NCBI GenBank assembly: GCA_035485275.1
Contig: DATHOE010000024.1
Coordinates: 43,334-107,333, forward strand
Direction of reading: 5' to 3'
DNA: 64,000 bases
DNA from: a bacterium
Lineage (GTDB): Bacteria > Oederibacteriota > JAJYGY01 > DAIDJD01
Under the pieces are notes generated by a model. That model worked only from the letters and a program-made list of their open reading frames with translations, was not told the origin of the DNA and searched no databases. A program made the translations under genes and the position numbers. Of this stretch, positions 31,038 to 37,567 are shown in pieces (position 1 is the first letter of the stretch; every line of letters starts with the position of its first letter).

Positions 31038-33346
31038 GGCCGCTCCCCGCGACGCAGGTTTCGCACGGCGCGAACCCGGGCCTCGCGCAGGAACAGGCCC
31101 AGCAGGGCGGCCAAGCCCGCCAGGGAGGCGGCCAAGGCGTCATAGAGCAGGCCCGGATCGAAGCGGAAGTCCATCCGGTGCCGGCCCGCCCGCAGCAGCA
31201 CGGCCTGCAAGCCCCCGTCGGCCTTCAGCACCGGGGCGTCCCGGCCGTCCACCGCGCAGCGCCAGGAGGGGTACCAGGCGTTGGACAGCACCAGCGCCGC
31301 GGGCCTGGCGGTGGAGACGTCCAAAGTGAAGCTTTGGGGGCTGCGGGCCCGCCACAGGACGCCGCCCTGCGGGCGCGGTCCGTCCAGGCCCGCGTCCGTC
31401 TCAAGGGCCACCTCGTCGCGGGCGTGGAAACGGGGATCCGCCAGCAGCCCATAGGCCGCGTCCTCCCCCGGCACCTTGACGCTTTTGCCCACCAGCCAGG
31501 CGCGGGGGAAGGCGCCGCGGTTCTCGTAGATCGTCACCTGGTCACCGCTCAGGTAGCCCGTCTGCTGGGAGTGGGAAAAAATGTAGCGCACATTCATGAG
31601 GTCGGCCCAGTCCTTCCACCGGCCGGGCACGGCCTGCAAAGCCTCCTGGATCTTCAGGAAGCTGCGCATGGGCATGGACTCCGAACCGCCCAAGTTCTCG
31701 TAGCCCATTAGCATGTCGTTGTTAGGTATGCGTTCATTGGGGTCGAAAACGCGCCAGGGTTCCAGGCCCGGCGGCGGCGGCGCGGGGCGCGTGAAATTGG
31801 GCAGGGTGGCCGCCGTCTGGGGATCCACGAAGTGGACGCAGTGCGAGACCATACTGGAAATGTCGAGGCCGTGGAATGCGAGGGCGAGGACCAGCGCAGC
31901 GGCGCTTCCCAGGCGCCTGGTCGAGAACCAGAGCAGACCGGCGCCGGCGAGGAGCAGTCCCGCGGTCGTGAGCACGGAATTGCGGGCCTGCGCGGTGAGG
32001 AATTCGGCGACGGCTTGGGGCCCGCCGGACAGCCAGACCATGTGGGGCGCGGCGGCGTCGGCGCTTTCCTTGGCCAGTCTCCAGGAAAAGGCGGTCGCCG
32101 TCAGCGCCAGGACTCCAAAAAGCGCCGCACCGCGGGCGGCCGAACCCCTGCTCGGCGCGTCCCGGAGCGCGTCCCAGCCATAGGCCGCCAGGGAGCAGAC
32201 CGCGAAGGTCACTAGGAATAGCACGCGGTTCCAGTCCCTGAAGCCCGACAGGACCGGCACATGCTGGAAGAGCGCGTAGAAAGGCGTCCACTCGCGTTGG
32301 GCGAAGAAAAATGCCGCAGGGGCCAGTAGGGCCATCCAGCGCACCATGCGGTCGCGCCGCCACAGCGCGGCCAGGGCCGCCGCGGCCAGGGTCCAGGGCA
32401 GCAGCCCGAAGTACAGGCTGGTCACGCACAGGGGCAGCGAACCGTGGTAGGTCGGCTGCTGCCATCCGAAGAGCCCCGGAACGAGCCAGGTGAGCGCTTC
32501 CTGCGGGCGGATGGAGCCGGCGATGAATCCGGCATAGGTGTATCCGTGGCGGGCGGTCAGGGAAAGGTATTGCAGGGTCAGCCAAAGCTGGGGCGCGGCG
32601 AGAAGGGAGGCCAGGACCAAGGAGAGGGCCAAGCCGGTCAAGGCGGTTTTGACGCCGTTCTTGGGGTGCAGGGGAGCCGGGCCGGGGTTTCGGGCCAGTC
32701 CCAGCACGAACAGGGCCACGGCCGGCAGCGTATAGACGAGGATCTGCACGGCCACCGCCAGGATCTGAAGAGCGCAGGCAAGCCCGCACAGCCCCCACCA
32801 GAAGAGGGATCCACGTGTCTGGGCCCTGTGTGCCGTCCAGAAGATCCAGGGAACCCAGGCGACGCCCTCCACGAGGTTGTAGGAACCCCCCATCACCTGG
32901 GATAGTTCGCTGCCGGCCATGGCGAAAAAGAAGGAGCCCAGCAAGGCCCCTGAAAGGCTGCGTCCCAGGCCGCGCAAAAACAGGAACATGCCCAGTCCCG
33001 CCAGTGCCACGTGCGCCGCCGCGTCGAGGCCGATCTCGGTGGTGAAGGGCAGCCCCGAGATATAGCTGACAAGGTCCGTAGGGTAAAGGAAGGCCAGATT
33101 GCAGGAGGCGATGCCGGGCATGCCGCCGAAAACACCGTTCAACCACAGGGGCCATTCGTGTGCGGCCAGGCATTGGCCGATCGCCGCATGGAATGGGACG
33201 CCCAGGGTGAGGTCCAGGCCGTAGATCAGCTTGGACCCGGTCAAAGCCGGCAGGAAGAGGGCGCAGGGGACCAGGACCAGGAAGGCCACGGCCAAAAATA
33301 CGGACCATTGTTTTGGGGCGGGACGCATAGGGGATTCAAGGGCCAT
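31034..33346 (-). CDS. YfhO-like GT-C-fold membrane glycosyltransferase, paralog 3
   Basis: Same blocks (WPLWLNGVFGGMPGIASCNLAFLYP; GSELSQVMGGSYNLVEGVAWVPWIFW; IYENRGAFPRAW; NAWYPSWRCAVDGRDAPVLKADG). ATGA overlap with paralog 2; its start lies 10 nt after the RHH gene stop. Confidence 0.8.
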   Translation of the reverse strand: MALESPMRPAPKQWSVFLAVAFLVLVPCALFLPALTGSKLIYGLDLTLGVPFHAAIGQCLAAHEWPLWLNGVFGGMPGIASCNLAFLYPTDLVSYISGLPFTTEIGLDAAAHVALAGLGMFLFLRGLGRSLSGALLGSFFFAMAGSELSQVMGGSYNLVEGVAWVPWIFWTAHRAQTRGSLFWWGLCGLACALQILAVAVQILVYTLPAVALFVLGLARNPGPAPLHPKNGVKTALTGLALSLVLASLLAAPQLWLTLQYLSLTARHGYTYAGFIAGSIRPQEALTWLVPGLFGWQQPTYHGSLPLCVTSLYFGLLPWTLAAAALAALWRRDRMVRWMALLAPAAFFFAQREWTPFYALFQHVPVLSGFRDWNRVLFLVTFAVCSLAAYGWDALRDAPSRGSAARGAALFGVLALTATAFSWRLAKESADAAAPHMVWLSGGPQAVAEFLTAQARNSVLTTAGLLLAGAGLLWFSTRRLGSAAALVLALAFHGLDISSMVSHCVHFVDPQTAATLPNFTRPAPPPPGLEPWRVFDPNERIPNNDMLMGYENLGGSESMPMRSFLKIQEALQAVPGRWKDWADLMNVRYIFSHSQQTGYLSGDQVTIYENRGAFPRAWLVGKSVKVPGEDAAYGLLADPRFHARDEVALETDAGLDGPRPQGGVLWRARSPQSFTLDVSTARPAALVLSNAWYPSWRCAVDGRDAPVLKADGGLQAVLLRAGRHRMDFRFDPGLLYDALAASLAGLAALLGLFLREARVRAVRNLRRGERP
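31222..31304. repeat. ~80-nt DNA block (copy C), nearly identical to copy B
   Basis: ggccttcagcaccggggcgtcccggccgtccaccgcgcagcgccaggaggggtaccaggcgttggacagcaccagcgccgcg; only 2-3 mismatches to copy B. Confidence 0.85.
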
Positions 33347-33356
33347 GGGAGCGATT

Positions 33357-33695
33357 TTAAGCCGCTTTCACCACATAGTCCACGATGGCGTCCCGCATCA
33401 TGCGGTGGTATTTGACGCCCTTCTTTTTGGCCATCTGTTTGGCGAGGTCCACGAATTTCTTCGGGATGCGGATCGTCACGGTGGGGTCCTGGGGCGCGAA
33501 GCTAAAGTGGACTTTGCCCCATTTTAGCGTGCCTATGTGATCCGACAGGTCTTCGACTAAAGGGTCGTCTTCGATTTCTTCCTCAGTCGGCTTGGGCTTT
33601 TCACGGTTCCTAAGCTCCTTTGCATGCATGGATCGGGCGCTGGTCGGACGAACGAATCGACGGTTCTCTCGGATACGAATGGTGAAGGATTCCAT
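33357..33695 (-). CDS. BrnA-like ribbon-helix-helix (CopG-family) antitoxin-type DNA-binding protein, no cognate BrnT seen
   Basis: C-terminal segment TVTIRIPKKFVDLAKQMAKKKGVKYHRMMRDAIVDYV fits the BrnA pattern (S/T-I-S-L-R-L-P...L...K..A..K..V.Y[QH]..[IM][KR]..[LI]). An acidic EEEIEDD stretch precedes it, as in BrnA. Confidence 0.5.
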   Translation of the reverse strand: MESFTIRIRENRRFVRPTSARSMHAKELRNREKPKPTEEEIEDDPLVEDLSDHIGTLKWGKVHFSFAPQDPTVTIRIPKKFVDLAKQMAKKKGVKYHRMMRDAIVDYVVKAA

Positions 33696-33758
33696 CCTTG
33701 GTGAGCCCTACGGACAAATAACGTTGTTCGGGCCTGGAGTGTTTGGGATCTGGGGGCC

Positions 33759-33805
33759 CATAAACGAACAGCCCGGCCGAGCGGTTCGTCCGCCTGGCCG
33801 GGCTG
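33759..33805 (-). terminator. intrinsic terminator downstream of spoVG (10-bp GC stem CAGCCCGGCC...GGCCGGGCTG with T-rich tail on the minus strand)
   Basis: Inverted repeat 33769-33778 / 33796-33805 read from the sequence; the minus-strand tail reads TTCGTTTA. Confidence 0.5.
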
Positions 33806-33852
33806 TGGGTTCACACGCTGTCAAAAAGGGAGCTTAGATCGAAAGAAGGCCC

Positions 33853-34161
33853 TCAGGCCGCCAAAGTCTCCTCGGACACGCTGCCCGCGCCGGAGGAGTC
33901 CACTTCGCGCTGGTAGGCCTCCAGCACAAAACTCTGCAGCTCGTCGCGCATGGCCTTGCTGGTGGGGAAGTAGATGTCCTGGTATTCGCCGTCTCCGGTT
34001 TTGCGGTTGGGCATGGCCACGAACAGGCCGTTTTTGCCCTCAATGACCCTCAAACCGGTGAGGTAGACCGTGTCGTGGACCTTGACCGAGACCAGGGCGC
34101 GGAGGCTGTCCTTGGTGAAAAGGGTGACCCGGGCCTGGCTGAAGGGCAGATTGTTTTGCAT
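33853..34161 (-). CDS. spoVG: SpoVG-family protein
   Basis: [74 protein letters not shown] aligns with SpoVG (…[30 protein letters not shown]…). Start chosen at M15 of the track ORF because GGAG lies 6 nt upstream. Confidence 0.8.
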   Translation of the reverse strand: [102 protein letters not shown]

Positions 34162-34289
34162 GAACGACTCCTGTACTTGGGAGGGTGGTTCCCCTTTCAC
34201 CATGAAAGGATGGATTCCCTCGGGGCGGTGGAACAGCGTGACGGTGGAACATTCGCATCAGTGGAGCAGGCGCCGGGGCGCCCTTGAAA

Positions 34290-34943
34290 CTAGTACTGCC
34301 GCAGGAGGCTGACCACCCTTCCCAGGATGGCGAAGTCGTCGCCGACTTTGCGGGGCGGGTAGGCCGGGTTCGCGGACACCAAAAAGACCCCGTCGGGACG
34401 GCGCTGGAAGTATTTGACCGTGGCCTCTTCGCCCAGGAGCGCGACCACGATCTCGCCCTGCTCCGCGGTGCGCTGCTGGCGGACCATGACCAGGTCGCCT
34501 TCCAGGATGCCGGCCCCGATCATGGAGTCGCCCTTGACCTTGAGGCCGAAGACCTCGCCGGTGCCGTAACGCAGGAAATTGCGAGGCAGCGTGAGCGTAT
34601 CTTCGACATTTTCCGCGGCCAGCAGGCCCGGGCCCGCGGACACCATGCCCAAAACCGGCACCCGTATGAAGTCCTTGAGCATGTCGGCAAGCCCGCGCTC
34701 ATAGTGCTGCTGCGAGGCCTCGGTCTTGAAGGAACCGCCGATGCGCAGGGCGCGGGGCTTGCCCTTGTCCCAGTCCAAGGCCCCTTTGCGCTTGAGGTAG
34801 TCCAGGTGGGTCTGCACCGTGCCGATGGACACCTCGAAATGCCCCGCGATCTCGCGCAAAGAGGGGAAGTATTCGTTCTCGCCGTGGTACGCGGTGATGA
34901 AGTCCAGGATCTCACGCTGGCGGTCGGTCAAATTCGGGTCCAT
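34290..34943 (-). CDS. lexA: LexA repressor
   Basis: N-terminal wHTH (LTDRQREILDFI...), Ala-Gly cleavage site (VSAGPG), catalytic Ser (VKGDSMIGAGI) and Lys (ATVKYF). Start supported by AAGGAG with a 4-nt spacer. Confidence 0.9.
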   Translation of the reverse strand: MDPNLTDRQREILDFITAYHGENEYFPSLREIAGHFEVSIGTVQTHLDYLKRKGALDWDKGKPRALRIGGSFKTEASQQHYERGLADMLKDFIRVPVLGMVSAGPGLLAAENVEDTLTLPRNFLRYGTGEVFGLKVKGDSMIGAGILEGDLVMVRQQRTAEQGEIVVALLGEEATVKYFQRRPDGVFLVSANPAYPPRKVGDDFAILGRVVSLLRQY

Positions 34944-34959
34944 GGGGCTCCTTGGGGTG

Positions 34960-35208
34960 TTAGGGCGCCAGCACCAAAGCTGGGGCCTCTTCCCGGTGGT
35001 CGAACAGCAGGTTTTCGCATCCGAGTTGCGCCAGGCTTTGGTCCACCAGGCGGCGGGCCATCCAGTAGGCGGCATCGCCGTTGAGTTCAGGCCTGGACCG
35101 CAGGAGTGCGGCTGCCTGGTCAAAAACGCGGGTCCAATATCCTCTCGGCTCAGTGCGCATACAGTCCTCGTCAGCTTGCCTCTCGGGGCCGTTCCCGGAG
35201 GGGCTCAT
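34960..35208 (-). CDS. hypothetical 82-aa protein immediately upstream of lexA (possibly begins at internal Met, 35160)
   Basis: Stop TAA lies 16 nt before the lexA SD/ATG, same strand. Balanced non-shadow-like composition (…AAYWMARRLVDQSLAQLGCENLLFDH…); no family recognised, and chance ORFs are frequent at this GC. Confidence 0.3.
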   Translation of the reverse strand: MSPSGNGPERQADEDCMRTEPRGYWTRVFDQAAALLRSRPELNGDAAYWMARRLVDQSLAQLGCENLLFDHREEAPALVLAP

Positions 35209-35337
35209 CCGAAGCGCGATCCTCTGCGCTCCGGTCCAGGCTGGTTTCCCGGACCGCCGGGATAGGGATTCAGCCTGGATATTTTCTTTTCCCGATCTCC
35301 GCGGCGGATGTCATCGCACACCGCGGTCTTCTTGCGC

Positions 35338-35445
35338 CTAGCGGGTCTGCTTGCCGGCCCAGTAGGAGATGGTGCAGGCGACGGCGGAGGCCAGGGTCAT
35401 GATGAGAAAGGCCAAGCCGTTCAGGTCCGTGTGTGTCGTGTGCAT
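35338..35445 (-). CDS. 36-aa hydrophobic single-TM peptide (MHTTHTDLNGLAFLIMTLASAVACTISYWAGKQTR)
   Basis: Internal ATG of the 71-aa track ORF preceded by GAGGAG with a 6-nt spacer; lies directly downstream of the AT-rich promoter island on the same strand as ORF82-lexA. Confidence 0.4.
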   Translation of the reverse strand: MHTTHTDLNGLAFLIMTLASAVACTISYWAGKQTR

Positions 35446-35467
35446 GATGCGCTCCTCTTTTGATGAT

Positions 35468-35483
35468 CCATACACTCGTATGG
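35468..35483. promoter_or_regulatory. perfect 16-bp palindrome CCATAC-ACTC-GTATGG (candidate operator)
   Basis: Read directly from the sequence, 23 nt upstream of the peptide ATG on the minus strand. Confidence 0.5.
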
Positions 35484-35530
35484 TTCGATGGGTAAAAAAA
35501 GGGCCAGTTCTTACTGGCAAAAGAAATGTA

Positions 35531-35546
35531 CCATACACAAATATGG
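35531..35546. promoter_or_regulatory. second copy of the palindrome, CCATAC-ACAA-ATATGG (one mismatch)
   Basis: Read directly from the sequence, 63 nt from the first copy within the same AT-rich island; a degenerate third copy (CCATAC-N6-GTACTG) lies at 35643-35660. Confidence 0.45.
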
Positions 35547-35583
35547 TTTGCAAGTGAAATATCTAAAAACAATCGCTTTTTAG

Positions 35584-35611
35584 TTTACTATCATAAAATC
35601 TCCCATAATAT
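35584..35611 (+). promoter_or_regulatory. sigma70-like promoter for the sigma54-activator gene (TTTACT-N16-TAATAT)
   Basis: Hexamers read in an AT-rich stretch about 50 nt upstream of ATG 35663. Confidence 0.3.
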
Positions 35612-35662
35612 ATGACTGCAAAATTACTTTTTCTATTAAAACCCATACTACAAGGTACTGCA

Positions 35663-37006
35663 ATGGAAGACGTGCTTTTGATTGAAGAACAGGCCGAAGC
35701 ACTGTCCTTGTTGTTGGGCATGGCCGAGGAAAACGGCTGGCGCCTCGAAAGCGCGTCTGATCCCGTACAGGCGGAACAATGGATGCAACGCCACGTATTT
35801 CAAGTCGCGGTTCTTGATCTGCGCATGGCGGAGGGCAACGGCGAGTCCCTGCTGGCCCGCATGAAGCAGGCCTGGCCCATGACCCAGTTCATCGTCATCA
35901 CGCCGGCCGGAGACGCCCAGCGAGGCCTGAGGGCCTTGAAGCTCGGCGCCTACGACAGCGTCAGCCTGCCGCACGAGCGCGATGCGCTGGAGGCGGCGGT
36001 GAAACGCGCCTGCGAACGCGCCCGCTTCGGCAGCGACACCCGGGCCGCCCGCCTCCGCGACGACAGCAAACCGGCCTTGCTCGGGGGCTCCGCGACCGCG
36101 CAGCGCCTGCGCGACTCGCTCGCCAAAGCCGCCGGACACGAGGCCAATGTGCTGCTGGTGGGCGAACCCGGTACGGGCAAGAGCCTGGCCGCGCGCTTCA
36201 TCCACCGCCAGAGCGCCCGCCGCAAGGGCCCGTTCGTGATTTTGGACTGCGTGAAACAGTCGCCGGAACAGGAACAGGAACTTTTCGGCCGCGCGAGCGA
36301 GCCCGGAATCCTTGAACTCGGCGCCGGAGGCATCGTGCTGTTGGCGCATGTGGAGTTCCTGCAGACACGGGCCCAGGCCAAGCTCCTGCGCGCCCTCCAA
36401 GACCGTGGCTTCACGGCGGAAGGGGGGGAGCGCTTCGTGCCTTTGGAGGCACGGGTCCTGGCCACCTCCGGCCCGGCCCTGCGGGACCGCGTGAAAGAGG
36501 GCAGCTTCCGTGAGGACCTGTACTGGAGCCTGGGTTCGACCCCCTTGGAGCTGCCGCCCCTTCGTTCCCGGCCCGAAGACATCGAGGAGATCTTCCGGAA
36601 TTTCCTTGAAACCCGCTGCGCCCAGATCGGCAGGGCCCTGCCGGCCCTGCGGCCGGAAACGCTGGCGGCCATCCGCGCCCACTCCTTCCCAGGGAACATC
36701 GGGGAGCTGGAGGCCCTGGCGCATCTGGTCGCGGACCTGGCGCACGAGGACGTGGGCCTGGCCGACCTGCCGGTCCCGGTGTTCGTGGAGGACAGGGATG
36801 ACCAGAAAAGCCTGCCCTTGAAGTCGCTGGTGCACGCCTTTGAACGCCACGTGATTCTCCGCACGCTCAAGGCGGTGCGGGGAAACCAGAGCCGGGCGGC
36901 GGAGCGCCTGCAGGTGCACCGCAACACACTGATCCTGAAGATGCAGGAATTGGAGATCCCCAACAAACGCACCCAAAAGAAGACCAGGGTAAAACAACGC
37001 GGATGA
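35663..37006 (+). CDS. sigma54-dependent Fis-family response regulator (REC, AAA+ and HTH domains)
   Basis: Receiver with phospho-Asp context (VAVLDLRM), Walker A GEPGTGKS, GAFTGA-region equivalent, arginine finger, and C-terminal Fis-type HTH (RGNQSRAAERLQVHRNTLILKM). No adjacent histidine kinase. Confidence 0.85.
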   Translation: MEDVLLIEEQAEALSLLLGMAEENGWRLESASDPVQAEQWMQRHVFQVAVLDLRMAEGNGESLLARMKQAWPMTQFIVITPAGDAQRGLRALKLGAYDSVSLPHERDALEAAVKRACERARFGSDTRAARLRDDSKPALLGGSATAQRLRDSLAKAAGHEANVLLVGEPGTGKSLAARFIHRQSARRKGPFVILDCVKQSPEQEQELFGRASEPGILELGAGGIVLLAHVEFLQTRAQAKLLRALQDRGFTAEGGERFVPLEARVLATSGPALRDRVKEGSFREDLYWSLGSTPLELPPLRSRPEDIEEIFRNFLETRCAQIGRALPALRPETLAAIRAHSFPGNIGELEALAHLVADLAHEDVGLADLPVPVFVEDRDDQKSLPLKSLVHAFERHVILRTLKAVRGNQSRAAERLQVHRNTLILKMQELEIPNKRTQKKTRVKQRG

Positions 37007-37554
37007 AACGATTCCCGGCCCTTCGTCGTATCGCGGGCTTGGCGGCCTTGGCCCTGTGGGCGGCCGGCCTGCATGCCGTGGGGTTGGCCCAGGCGGACAG
37101 CCTGGCGGGCCTGCGCAGCGTCCACGGGCCTTTGCGCATCACCTGGTCCGTGGACTCCGTCAGCGCCAAGCTGGCGGGCGGAGGCCCCGACCTGGGCGAC
37201 GCCCTGGGCGCGGCGGCGTTCAAGCGCCTCAAGACCGCCGGCGTGCCGATGCTGGACGGATCCTTCGACCCCTCACGGGAGCCTTTTGTCAGCCTGGATC
37301 TGTGGACGCGGGGCGCCACGAAGGCCGAGGACGCCTCGGATCCCTTGAGGATTTTCTTTTTCCAGTTTCAAGTCTTCGCGCCGGCGGCGGCCCTGCGGGG
37401 CGCGTCCAAGGAGAAGGGGCGGGTGGAGATCTGGGAGCGCAGCCTCTACGGCGTCTGCGACGCGCAGGACATCAAGGACGAGGTCCGGATATTCCTGGGC
37501 CTGTGCGGCCAGTTCGGCGCGGACTGGAAGGCCGCCCAGGGGGCGGGGTCCTGA
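37003..37554 (+). CDS. hypothetical secreted protein (signal peptide), translationally coupled to the activator gene
   Basis: ATGA overlap; N-terminal signal-like MKRFPALRRIAGLAALALWAAGLHA; no recognisable domain. Confidence 0.55.
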   Translation: MKRFPALRRIAGLAALALWAAGLHAVGLAQADSLAGLRSVHGPLRITWSVDSVSAKLAGGGPDLGDALGAAAFKRLKTAGVPMLDGSFDPSREPFVSLDLWTRGATKAEDASDPLRIFFFQFQVFAPAAALRGASKEKGRVEIWERSLYGVCDAQDIKDEVRIFLGLCGQFGADWKAAQGAGS

Positions 37555-37567
37555 GGGCCCGGCTCGC

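Noticed and set aside
26499-33308. Long alternative-frame ORFs inside the YfhO-like genes (e.g. 26499-28523 674 aa, 29386-30471 361 aa, 31734-33308 524 aa) and plus-strand ORFs (26519-27721, 27794-29038, 28812-29879)
   Set aside because: R/G/P-rich low-complexity translations. The conserved paralogous blocks are only present in the frames annotated as YfhO-like CDS.
35507-35530. Possible sigma54 -24/-12 element (cTGGCAaaagaaaTGTAcc)
   Set aside because: GG is present but the -12 GC dinucleotide is replaced (TGT); spacing/consensus match too weak to call.
35338-35553. 71-aa version of the small peptide ORF starting at 35553
   Set aside because: The upstream 35 codons run through the AT-rich palindrome-bearing promoter island. 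The internal ATG at 35445 has a GAGGAG RBS and yields a plausible 36-aa TM peptide.
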